Assembly: GCA_043228905.1 (NCBI GenBank)
Contig: JBHGNT010000020.1
Location: 186,001 to 250,000, forward strand
DNA from: Azolla caroliniana
Lineage: Eukaryota > Plantae > Polypodiophyta
Length of the DNA stretch: 64,000 nt
Direction: 5' to 3'
Each line of letters begins with the position of its first letter. Positions within the stretch are counted from its first letter, which is position 1. A model generated the notes under the pieces. It searched no databases. It worked only from the letters and a program-made list of their open reading frames with translations, and was not told the DNA's origin. Made by a program: the position numbers and the translations under genes. This document shows positions 1 to 10,447 of this stretch, one piece after another.

Positions 1-229
1 AACCTGGTGTTGGTCGGGTATATCGTTGACCATGGGATGCAGGTGCGATTCACGCACCTCAGGTGCTTCATAGAGGAAGAAGGCCAGATAATCACGCAAG
101 GGTGCAGGGATGGGAGGATGTTCATCCTCGACACCAATGGCGTCAGCACCACTATGTTCGAAAAAGGACAAAAGATCGAATCAGACATCGATCTCTGGCA
201 CAAGTGGATCGGTCACGTTAACTACCGGA
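1..229 (+). pseudogene. pol: Ty1/copia polyprotein fragment (end of protease to GAG-pre-integrase), opposite orientation to the adjacent copia
   Basis: ORF 7..327 begins (NL)VLVGYIVDHGMQVRFTHL...DIDLWHKWIGHVNY, homologous to the copia at 49043-50062; it switches abruptly to minus-strand copia sequence near 229. Confidence 0.8.
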
Positions 230-1871
230 GGCTTCATTTTGGCTCCAATTTCTTTCATTGGGGAACAAAAGTCGGTGATGCTTCCCTAACTGATAGGCTT
301 TGCAGACTTGGTCCTTTTGGCCACTGAATTTCGGTAAGCCGAAAACAATGTTTTTCGTCTGCATCTCTCGAAGCCATGGGAAATTGACGTGGCCGAATCG
401 CTTGTGCCACAAGTCGATACTCGATTCGACTTTCTAGCCTTTTGTAAACATAGTGGTGCCTACGTCATTGATCTCGAGGATGAACATTCTCCCTTCTCGG
501 TGCCCTTGCGTGATTATCTTGCCTTCTTCTTCGATGAAGCACTCGAGATGAGTAAATCGAACTTCCATGCCTTGATTTACAATCTGTCCGATCGACACCA
601 AGTTCTTGGTGATTGTGGGCACATGCTAGACATTTCTCATGATTCCCTTCTAGCCGACATGGTTGAGATATGTGTTCAATGGAGTGAGGGGTGTCAGCAC
701 CAGTTTCGACGACCCCCGGCTGGTCAAGCTTTTCCACAGTCAAGAACCACTCCTTGTGATTCGTCATGTGGTTCGACACACCCAAATCCACATACCACAC
801 CTCGTTCAACCTTAAGGTGTTCACCGTCATTGAGTTGGCTTTGTGCTCCATCAGGAAGGCTAGGCCCGTTTTAGCTCATCCTGAGCCTTCGGCGTAGTGC
901 GATCTCTGATGCCTATACGCCTCCTCGGTTCGATCCGGCCTTGTCCGGATCGGCTCATTTTTTCCAGCACTCACTTTGTTTGTGGCCCTTCCATTCACAG
1001 TACCAACAGTCCATCACAACCTTTCCTTGCCGTCCTTTGCCACCGTCTAGACTCCCCCTACCCATGGAGGGTTCACAACTATTGTCGGCATTTCAATTAT
1101 GGCTTGAGTTGTGCTCCTGTCGGCCACCTCCATTGCGCCTGACCCGCCTTGACCACCACGACCATGAGGCCGATCCGCCTCCGTGTACAACATCTTGTTC
1201 TCGGTGTGCGTACTCGTCAATGCACTTGAATGGTTTCCTTCTACGAGCAACATTGATGAAGGCATATTCTCCCTCGTGTAGACCACCATTTGGAATGCTC
1301 CAAACTTCGATGCCAACCCTCCGAAGCAAACCTGCACCATTTCATTCTCCTTGACGTTCACGTTCACAAAGGCGAGGGAGTTGCAAATCTCCTTGATCTT
1401 GGAAGTGTAGTCAGCCACCGATATGTTTATCTGTCGGACATTGCTCAACTCCTGTCTGAGTTGAAGCTTTCTGGCTGTGGTTCTTGCTGCGGAAATCTTT
1501 TTCAGATTTCCCCAAGCATCCTTCGGCGTTCTGGCATCCCGAATGTAGCTCAAGAGCTGATCGCTCACACAAGATACAAAGCAGTGGAGAACTTTGCTTG
1601 CCGCCTGTTCCCAGGCTAGGAAATCTCTGTGTCAATTGGGGTGTTGCATCATTAGCTTCTTTGACATAACTCTAGTAACCGTGCCCGAGCAGATACTGGT
1701 GCATCTTGTACGCCGAAGATGCATAGTTTCTCCTATCGAGCTTTTCAGTTGAAAGTAAGTTTTCCATTCCTCTGTCCATGTTCCTGACTTTTCTTTTTCG
1801 AAAATGAGAAAACTTGTCTCTGTCTTGTTCATTTGCTTTTCTGTTGGCTGCAGAGGATATTCAACCCTCGC

Positions 1872-1883
1872 GCTCTAATACCA
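1872..1883 (-). promoter_or_regulatory. Primer-binding site, initiator tRNA-Met
   Basis: Minus strand reads TGGTATTAGAGC (canonical TGGTATCAGAGC, 1 mismatch) directly after the LTR end ...TTTTACA. Confidence 0.8.
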
Positions 1884-2427
1884 TGTAAAAGAATACCTGT
1901 GCGGAAGCGTGTGTGATAGACACCGAGTACACAGTCAGTTTGAGAAACTAGATAGTTAGGTAAACACAGATAATGGTGAGAGAAAGAAAGAAAGAAAGAT
2001 GTATTAACGTCTTCTAAGGCCAAAATTGGCTCATGAGACAAATGCTTTACAACAAAAATGAGTATTCATCCAATCATCAAAATTAAAATAAAAGTAAAGT
2101 AAAAATAGCTTAAGCTAAAAGAGTTCTAGTAGTGTACAAAACTTTGCATTAAGCCTAATTTCATTTCCACCCAAGCCTCTCAAAAAGAAGTGGGAGGTCA
2201 AAGGTTTTTGGTCTAGGTGTAACCCATGGTCCCGGTGTATAGAGTGCCCCAGCCATGACTACTAGGCAATGTAGCTCACGTTCCCTTATTTTTGTTATTG
2301 CTTCTACATCTTGTCGAGTTGCTTTGAAACCCGACATCCGAGGGCGTTTGGTAAACATTAACAACATTATTATCAACATTTTGTAACTTATTCTCTCTGT
2401 GTTGTTTCAATTCTAGGATGTATCTAC

Positions 2428-2833
2428 CTAATTTCTTTTTATATCTAGTGTATCTAATAGTTTAGGGAGGGTAGGAGAGGAACCAAGTATGTCTTGGTAT
2501 TTTGCCCTTATCTGGGCATAGGTGGAACATTTGCATGTAAAATGGTACTCATCCTCTATCTCTATGTGGCATAACCTACATATCCTTTCCTCCCTAGGGA
2601 CTCCATTAGTGCGTCCATTCTCAATCTCAAGTTGGTGAGAAGATATTCTAAGTTGACCGATGGCAACCCTTAGTGCATGTGGTAAGAATACATCTAGATA
2701 TTTTGGCCGCGTAATAAAACCTAACTTAAAGAAGTGCATGAAGTGTTCTTTATAGTACAACATTTTAGATGGGAGTGGCTCTAGTGGGGTGATCCATTTA
2801 TACCGAGTATAAATTTTCCATATTTCTTGGCGT
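2428..2833 (-). pseudogene. LINE ORF2 C-terminal region with CCHC-like zinc finger
   Basis: ORF 2428..2763 LRISSHQLEIENGRTNGVPREERICRLCHIEIEDEYHFTCKC; the sequence continues across the chromovirus TSD. Confidence 0.8.
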
Positions 2834-2838
2834 ATTAC

Positions 2839-3279
2839 TGTTAGGAATAGTACTAAAACAGAGATGGAATTAGTACTAAGAACAACAGTACTATTAGTAC
2901 TAAGAGGACGGGACTGCGTAAGATTCCCGAGAGAGGACGTGAGAAGAGGAGAGAGAGAGAGATAGCGAGAATGAGAGAGAGAGAGAGAGATGATGACAAC
3001 AACTATATATTATGTGAAAAGATAAGTACAAGCAACTAAGAGGCTTAAGACTGGCGTTGAACCAATTTGGTTCAAAACAATGCCTTGTGCCTCCTTTTAT
3101 AGTGTTTTTAGGAATAATCCTGAAGCTTCTAGAATGTTCCAGAGAGATCTGGAATATACATCAATTTTCTATGATAAAGTATAAATGAAAATAATATCCT
3201 ACAAAATACAATTCATAATCTAATGGTAAGAGCTCGACCCATGTAGCATAAAGTCATGGGTTCGAGTCTTGCCATGACA
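2839..3279 (-). repeat. 3' LTR of chromovirus 1
   Basis: Direct repeat of 8087-8525. Confidence 0.95.
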
Positions 3280-3290
3280 CTATCTCCCCC

Positions 3291-6200
3291 TTAAAGACGA
3301 CGAGTGGAACGAGTCGGCGCTAATTGCGGACCGGGTTTGTCCGGATACTTTCGGTGGAAATCAGCAAGAAGATCTTGTGCATTGGCAACATTCTCGACGG
3401 GTTCCCAAGTACGTTCGCTCGGACTATAACCGAGCCAATCGACCAAGTAATAAAGTTTGTTGCGAACAAGTTTGGAATCGAGGATGGCAGCAACTTCATA
3501 CTCCGGGCCGGCGTCCAATTCCAGCGGGGGCGGCGGTGGTGTCACACGATCGGGAATGGTGTTTGCTTTATAAGGTTCAAGAAGAGAACAATGGAAAACC
3601 GGATGTATCTGAAGCTGCGGAGGGAGATCCAGGCGGAAGGTGACATCATTAATCTTCCCCGTAATACGGAAAGGACCGAGTCGTCGATAATCCAACTTGT
3701 CGCACGGTCGAGTAGTCTTGATGTGACGACGTAAGAGCCATACTCGATCTCCGATGGCAAAAGAGGAGGGAATCCGATGACGATCCGCATAAGTCTTCTG
3801 TGTGTGTTGAGCATGACGAAGGTGAGTAGAGAGATCCATCTGGATCTTGCGTAGCCTCTCCAAATGGTCCTCGGCACGAGGGTTGGTAGGTAGCTCCGGA
3901 GTGTCGATCACCGACCAGCGAGGATGGAAACCGGTATAAGCGAGAAATGGGGAGACCCGAGTCGAGGAGTGAATAGCATTATTATACGCAAACTCCGCAA
4001 AGTGGAGAATCTCGGCCCAATCGTCCTGTTGATAACTCAGGAAACACCGGAGATATTGCTCCAACGTTTGGTTTGTTCGTTCCGCCTGTCCGTCAGTTTG
4101 AGGATGGTAGCCGGAGGAGAGGTTGCAGGAGACCTTGAGCATCCTGAAGAGATACTGCCAAAATTTGGAGACAAATTGCGGGCCTCGGTCACTGATAATA
4201 CTGTCTGGTAGGCCATGATGCCGAAATAACTCACGCATAACAAGAGCGGCGGTTTCCTCGCTAGTGATGGCTTTAGTACATGGCACAAAATGTGCCATCT
4301 TCGTATATCGATCGACGACGGTTAGGATAGCATCGAACCCCTTCGAGACCGGCAGATCTGTGATAAAATCAAGACAAATAGACTGCCATGGCTTACTTGG
4401 AATTGGTAAAGGTTCCAACAAGCCATATGGATGGTGTCGTGGCATCTTTGCTCGGCAGCAAGCATCACAGGTCCGAACGTAGTCGTCGACAAAACGGCGC
4501 ATGTGGGGCCACCAAAAAGATCGCTGCACTAACTCCAACGTCTTGGTACTACCGAAATGTCCCGCCGTATGGGTGTCGTGACAATGTTGGACGATTTGAA
4601 GGCGACAGGAGCAATCGGGGACATATACGCGCTTTTTAAAGAATAACAAACCATCATGATATTCGAATTGTCGGTAGTCAATACCTGGTTGTTGAGACTG
4701 AGAACAGGATGCCCGAGAAGTATCAATGTGCGCCAGGATGTCTTGAGCAAAACTATCCATCTTCAAGGTTGCACGTATGTCATCGGTAATCCGTGAATCC
4801 ATCGGGGTGTGAAAAATCCGCGTCGTGTGCAATCGTGTTGGTCCCAAGATTACTTGCTTTTGATTATCAAATGTTGCGTCACCAGGACGAGGTGCAAGAT
4901 ATGAACGCCGTGATAGTGCATCTGCTTTTCCTTGCTGCTTCCCCGGTCGATATGTGATTTCGAAGTTGAAACGCGTGAGGAATTGCGCCCACCGAGCTTG
5001 TCGTCGATTTAGTACGCGAGCGTTCTGAAAATAAGCAAGATTTTTATGATCGCTAAAGACAATGACCTGATGTGGAGAGCCCTCTAAGAAATGCCGCCAT
5101 TGTACAAATGAATCCACGATGGCTAATAACTCCTTGTCATGTATTTCGTAGTTGATTTCTGCGACATTGAATTTGCGCGAATGGAAAGCCACCGGATGCA
5201 ACTCTTCTTTATCGCCTTGTTGAGAATGGATGCTACCGAGGGCGAAATCTGATGCGTCGGCCTCCATGATGAATGGTTTGCTTGAATCCACATGAGCTAG
5301 AATCGGTGCTGATGTAAAGGCTTTCTTAAGATGCCGAAAAGCCATATCTGCTTCGATGGACCAAAGAAATGCTTGGCCCTTCTTCGTAAGTTGTGTGAGA
5401 GGTAAAATAATCTTCGAGTAATCCTGTATAAACTTACGGTAGAAGTTAGCAAAGCCTAGAAAACATTGTACATCTCGTACCGACCGTGGAATTTGCCACT
5501 CTAGTACAGTTTGGATTTTAGCTGGATCCATGGCGATGCCCTTTGAGGAGATGACGTAGCCTAGAAATTCCACTTGCTTGTAGTCAAAGCTACATTTCTC
5601 TAGCTTGGCATAAAGACCATTCTCGCGGAGTCGCTTTAGTACTAATAGTACATGAGAATCGTGCTCTTCCTGGGTCTTCGAATAAATCAACAAATCATCC
5701 AGATAAATGATCAAACAGATATCCAAGAGGTCTCTGAATATATCATTTGCCATGTGTTGGAAGACTGCGGGTGCATTGGTTAGGCCAAACGGCATAACAG
5801 TATACTCGAAATGCCCATACCGCGTGCGAAAAGCGGTCTTCCACTCATCTCCCGGTCGGATCCGCACGAGATTATACGCTCCTCGTAGGTCGATTTTAGT
5901 AAAAAACTTGGCACCATTAACTCGCTCTAAAAGACTTGATACAAGAGGAAGTGCATACCTATTCCGGATGGTGACTTTATTCAATCCGCGGTAATCAACG
6001 ACAAGACGAAGTGAGCCATCTTTCTTCTTGACAAAGAAGATGGGTGCACCGGCCGGAGATTTCGAATGACGGATGAACCCGCTTGCCAAGTTCTCCTCTA
6101 TGTAGGCTCGAAGGACTTCTAACTCGGTGGGTGACAAGTTGTAAATTGGTCCCCATGGTGGCTCGGTTCCTGGTTGTAAATCGATGGGACAGTCATAGGG

Positions 6201-6866
6201 ACGGTGATGAGGAAGGGTACCGGCTTTTACCTTGTCAAATACATCGGCATAAGGATGATATTTTGCCGGAAGTTGTATTGAGGAGTCCTTCTTAATAGTG
6301 CTAGAAGGATGTACTGATATGGCAAATAGGAACATTGCCTCCTTGGGTCCTTCTTCGCGTAGTTGATGGAGTGAAATGGTCGAAACTCGGTGAGTTGCTT
6401 CTTGGGGTGGTCGATATCGGACTTCTCTTGTTCTCCAATCTATGGCTGGATTATGTAATTCAAGCCAAGGTAATCCTAGGACAATGGGATGCTCTGGACT
6501 ACTAATTATATTAAATGATATTATACACACAAAACTACCTAGGACAACTTGAATGGGTTCTGATTCTTCTACAATATTCCCGGAAGCAATGGGACGACCA
6601 TCAATGACCACTACAGATGCGGGACAAGGAAGTTTTCTTAAGGATATCTAAGAAGCTTGGGCAAAATTTCGATCCATGAAACAGGAATTAGCTCCGGAAT
6701 CTAAAAGTGCTAGGACGGGTACTGGGGGAGTACTTTTAGTACTAACAATGACTTGGGCTAGGAACACATTGCTAACTTGCTTGGAAGGAATGGAACCACT
6801 AATGGGCTGTACAGATCTAGGGCTGCTGTCCAACCAAATGGCTCCTATTTTGGCTGGACTCAATCG
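3291..6866 (-). CDS. pol: Pol polyprotein (protease, RT, RNase H, integrase, chromodomain) in the -1 frame to gag, with one in-frame TAG at 6648-6650
   Basis: ORFs 6648..6863 (LLDSGA) and 3291..6611 (YLDD, DASD, HDTHTAGH..C..C, DRGPQF, LGPF, YEVAAILD..YLVDWLGY..TWEP) are in the same frame. Confidence 0.93.
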
Positions 6867-8017
6867 TTTAACTCTTCATCTAATTGACTAAGGATTTCAA
6901 ATTTATTTGAGATACTTGGGCTATTAGTACTATGAATACTATCTGACACTCTATTAGTACTATTAATACTATCAGACACTCCGAAGGGAAGAATTGACTC
7001 GGGTTTAGTACAGGCGACGATTTGGTTTACCTGTCTTCTTGGCCTATGGGGACAATTGATGGCGATATGTCCTGGTCCACCGCAATAAAGACATAATCGA
7101 TTGGCACGTCGTCGTTGCTTTTCTTCTTCCGATAACGGGCCGCGTCGACGCATGGTATCGATCTCCATCGGTGTCGAAGTATTTGCTTGAGGTATGTCTC
7201 GTGCAAACGGTTTAGCCGCGACTGCGGCGTAAGTGGGCTCTGGCCTAGAGCGTGGTATCTGTAATTGACGTTCTGAACGCCGTTCAAAAAGGCGGTTGTC
7301 ACATCGAACTGCTCGACTGATTGCCTCCGTAAGAGACTTTGGTTCTTCGGGGAAAGTTAAAAGTAGATCTTTGACATCGTTTCGCAAGCCATAGCGAAAC
7401 TGCTCCATTAGTGCTTGATCATCCCAGGGTATATCTGAAGCAAGTAGGCGGAAATCCGCCGCGTAGGCAGAGGCTGGACGATCGCCTTGACGCAATCGCC
7501 GCATCTTGTTGATCGCCGTCCTGATGCTGTCGGTGTCTCCAAAGCAGGCTTTAAATTCACCAATAAAATCTTCAAAGTTATTAAGTAAGGGTGATTGTTT
7601 TTCTAGAAGCGGAGCAAACCATGCCAAGGCTGAGCCGCTAAGTAGCGTGCCTATTAGGCCGACTCGAGATGCATCAGTGGGATATCGGGAAGGATGCATC
7701 TGGATGACTAAGCGTACCTGATTAAGGAATCCCCGGAATTGCGAACGCGTTCCATCAAATTTCACAAGAAGTCCAATCTTGGGCTCTTTATGAAATCCTT
7801 GGGGACTGGATCCTTGTTGTTGCAACGCTGCTTCGAGTTGTTGTACCCGTAACGCTAACTCCCCATGTTGTTGTTGCGTTTGTTGTTTTTCCAGAGCGAT
7901 TTGTTGCAGATCCCCTATCAGCCGTTGGTTTTCTTGTTCCAGGGCAACAAACTTTTCTTTTAGGCACTGTAGCTCGGAGAAAACGGATTGATATTCTTGG
8001 GCGCTAACCATAGCCAT
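6860..8017 (-). CDS. gag: Gag (PEG10/Ty3-type capsid, N-terminal coiled coil, CCHC knuckle)
   Basis: 385 aa ORF with LRQG..SAYAADFR and CLYCGGPGHIAINC. Confidence 0.95.
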   Translation of the reverse strand: MAMVSAQEYQSVFSELQCLKEKFVALEQENQRLIGDLQQIALEKQQTQQQHGELALRVQQLEAALQQQGSSPQGFHKEPKIGLLVKFDGTRSQFRGFLNQVRLVIQMHPSRYPTDASRVGLIGTLLSGSALAWFAPLLEKQSPLLNNFEDFIGEFKACFGDTDSIRTAINKMRRLRQGDRPASAYAADFRLLASDIPWDDQALMEQFRYGLRNDVKDLLLTFPEEPKSLTEAISRAVRCDNRLFERRSERQLQIPRSRPEPTYAAVAAKPFARDIPQANTSTPMEIDTMRRRGPLSEEEKQRRRANRLCLYCGGPGHIAINCPHRPRRQVNQIVACTKPESILPFGVSDSINSTNRVSDSIHSTNSPSISNKFEILSQLDEELND

Positions 8018-8086
8018 AGTATAGGGAAAAGGCTAGGAGGATGAGGGAGAGTGACAAGTAGGCTAGAGGAACAAATTGGTTCAAAC

Positions 8087-8525
8087 TGTCAGGAATAGTA
8101 CTAAAACAGAGATGGAATTAGTACTAAGAACAACAGTACTATTAGTACTAAGAGGACGGGACTACGTAAGATTCCCGAGAGAGGACGTGAGAAGAGGAGA
8201 GAGAGAGAGATAGCGAGAATGAGAGAGAGAGAGAGATGATGACAACAACTATATATTATGTGAAAAGATAAGTACAAGCGACTAAGAGGCTTAAGACTGG
8301 CGTTGAACCAATTTGGTTCAAAACAATGCCTTGTGCCTCCTTTTATAGTGTTTTTAGGAATAATCCTGAAGCTTCTAGAATGTTCCAGAGAGATCTGGAA
8401 TATACATCAATTTTCTATGATAAAGTATAAATGAAAATAATATCCTACAAAATACAATTCATAATCTAATGGTAAGAGCTCGACCCATGTAGCATAAAGT
8501 CATGGGTTCGAGTCTTGCCATGACA
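8087..8525 (-). repeat. 5' LTR of chromovirus 1
   Basis: TATA (minus strand TATAAAA) at 8341-8347; followed on the element strand by GT and the self-priming PBS at 8072-8084. Confidence 0.95.
8461..8520 (+). promoter_or_regulatory. tRNA-like Pol III A/B-box cassette at the outer end of U3, antisense to the element (second copy at 3215-3274)
   Basis: TAATCTAATGGTAAGAGC ... AAGTC ATGGGTTCGAGTC with tRNA-like spacing; no acceptor stem. Confidence 0.6.
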
Positions 8526-10267
8526 ATTACTTTATTGCGGTCCTCAGGAGAGATTAAAGTGTTATCAGTCTCGTGGTCATACTTAAGGGGGGAGGTTATT
8601 AATGTCTAGACTGTTTGCAAGAAGCCAACTCACCATCATGCCATACCATGAGCTAGTATAGCTGGACTCATACAGTGCTCGAGAAGCCTTAAAGGCTTGA
8701 TGGGATATTCTATCAAGTGGTTGGCTATGTATCCTGTGGATAAAGACTACAAGTTGAAAAAGTGCTTCTACTAACATCGGGGGTAGAGTGAACTCAGCCC
8801 TAATAATGTCATGTGGGACAATCAATTTGCTTCGGAGTTGGCATGATAACATCATCACCAATGGTCTCTCTAATTGCGTCCACATGAAAGATGGTAGTCC
8901 TGGACCCCAAACTGTTGATGCATACATGAGAGAGGGAGTCACTAATGAGTCAAAGAGCCACCCTTTAGTCCGTGGCTCTTGGAAGTATGCTTGATGTCAT
9001 TGTCTCTTGAGGAGTGAGAGGGGTCCATGCCCTCTCGTAAGTCTATCCTTCGTTGCTTGTGTCATTGAAAATTTACCTCAATGGGCACTGAAAGTGACCT
9101 CGAGATAGATATATGATCCAACCACCTCAACTAGGCTATGGGAGATAGTTAGGTGACACATACCTCTAACTTGGGCCGACGTGTGGAAGATAAGGACTTT
9201 AGTTTTCCCTAGATTCACTACCAATCCTCGTTGTGTGAAAAAGTCATCTAAGGCATTAAGGTGCCTTTGTAGGTCAGAGAGCAAAACTATGTCATCCACA
9301 TAGAGCAAGATACAAACCTGCGTATCCCCAATAACTACTCCATTGCCTCCCTTACAAGCAATAAAATCTGTGATCTCATCAATGTAGATCCCAAAAAGAG
9401 TCGGAGATAGGGGGCAACCTTGTTTTACACCAGTAGTGCTAGTGAAACAATCAGATAGGTCACCTGGGCATCGAAAACACCTGGACACTTGTTCATATAG
9501 TGCGTAGATGGCCCAAACCATGTCATCTGGTATCCTCAAGCTCTTAAGCCTATCAAAGAACTGCTCTCTAGGGACCGTGTGTGTCAAAGGCTTTGCGGAA
9601 GTCCACAAAACAACAATATAATTTCTTCTTGTGAGCCTTAGTCTGGTCAATTAAGCATCTAAGTGTGAAGATATGATCAATAGTGGAGAAGGCTCGTCTA
9701 AAGCCAGCCTGTTCAGGTGCATGAAGATTTAAGGTCTCCATATAATCGCTAAGCTCTGTCTCCATTACTGCACCATATAATTTAGCAAGCATATGACCTA
9801 TCATAATGGTCCTATATGTATTTGGGTCCATGGGGTCCCCCCCTTTATGTATGGGGGCCACTATGTTCATGGTCCATTGTGGTGGAAAACTATCGGCGAG
9901 GGCATGATTGAAGATTAGAGTTAACAAGGGAGCTAGGCACTCTCTCGCATATATGATGTGTTCTGCTTACAATCCTGTGTGGTCCATGGACTTCCTATGC
10001 TGTAATTTCTTTATGACCTTCATGACCCTAGAGGTCTTGAAGAGTGTCCCCACGATAGGTCGGGGTGTAGACGACATCGGAATGGGTGGTTGGTTTGGGA
10101 TTTGGTAAAGTCTCTCTGTATATGTGTGCTAGGTTTTGGCATCATTGATGGCTGTTTGTGGTCTTGGTTCCCGTAATCTCTTCCATGCAGTGGCGCAATT
10201 GCTACTCATGAGCATATGGTAGAGTTCCCAATATTGGGATGCCTCCCATGCTTGTCTCTTATGACGT

Positions 10268-10404
10268 TGTCGGGGTAGTTGTGGTTCGTGCGGCGAAGTC
10301 GCAGGGACTAAGGTTAAGGGGAGTTGAAGAAACTTAACTTTTAATAAGGCTTGTATGGTGATGATAGAATGGTTAAGGATAGTAAGACGGAGAGTTACAA
10401 GTAA

Positions 10405-10447
<43 letters not shown>

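Larger units (their letters stand above)
2839..8525 (-). mobile_element. Near-intact young Ty3/gypsy chromovirus (Tcn1/Tf1-like, self-priming)
   Basis: TG..CA LTRs at 2839-3279 and 8087-8525 differ by about 3 substitutions plus one GA unit. TSD ATTAC at 2834-2838 and 8526-8530; PPT GGGGGAGATAG before the 3' LTR; gag then PR-RT-RH-INT-chromodomain. Confidence 0.97.

Noticed and set aside
6648-6650. Stop-codon readthrough site in chromovirus pol
   Set aside because: The stop is inside the protease and absent from element 2, whose own stop is elsewhere (56340); both look like CAG-to-TAG decay.
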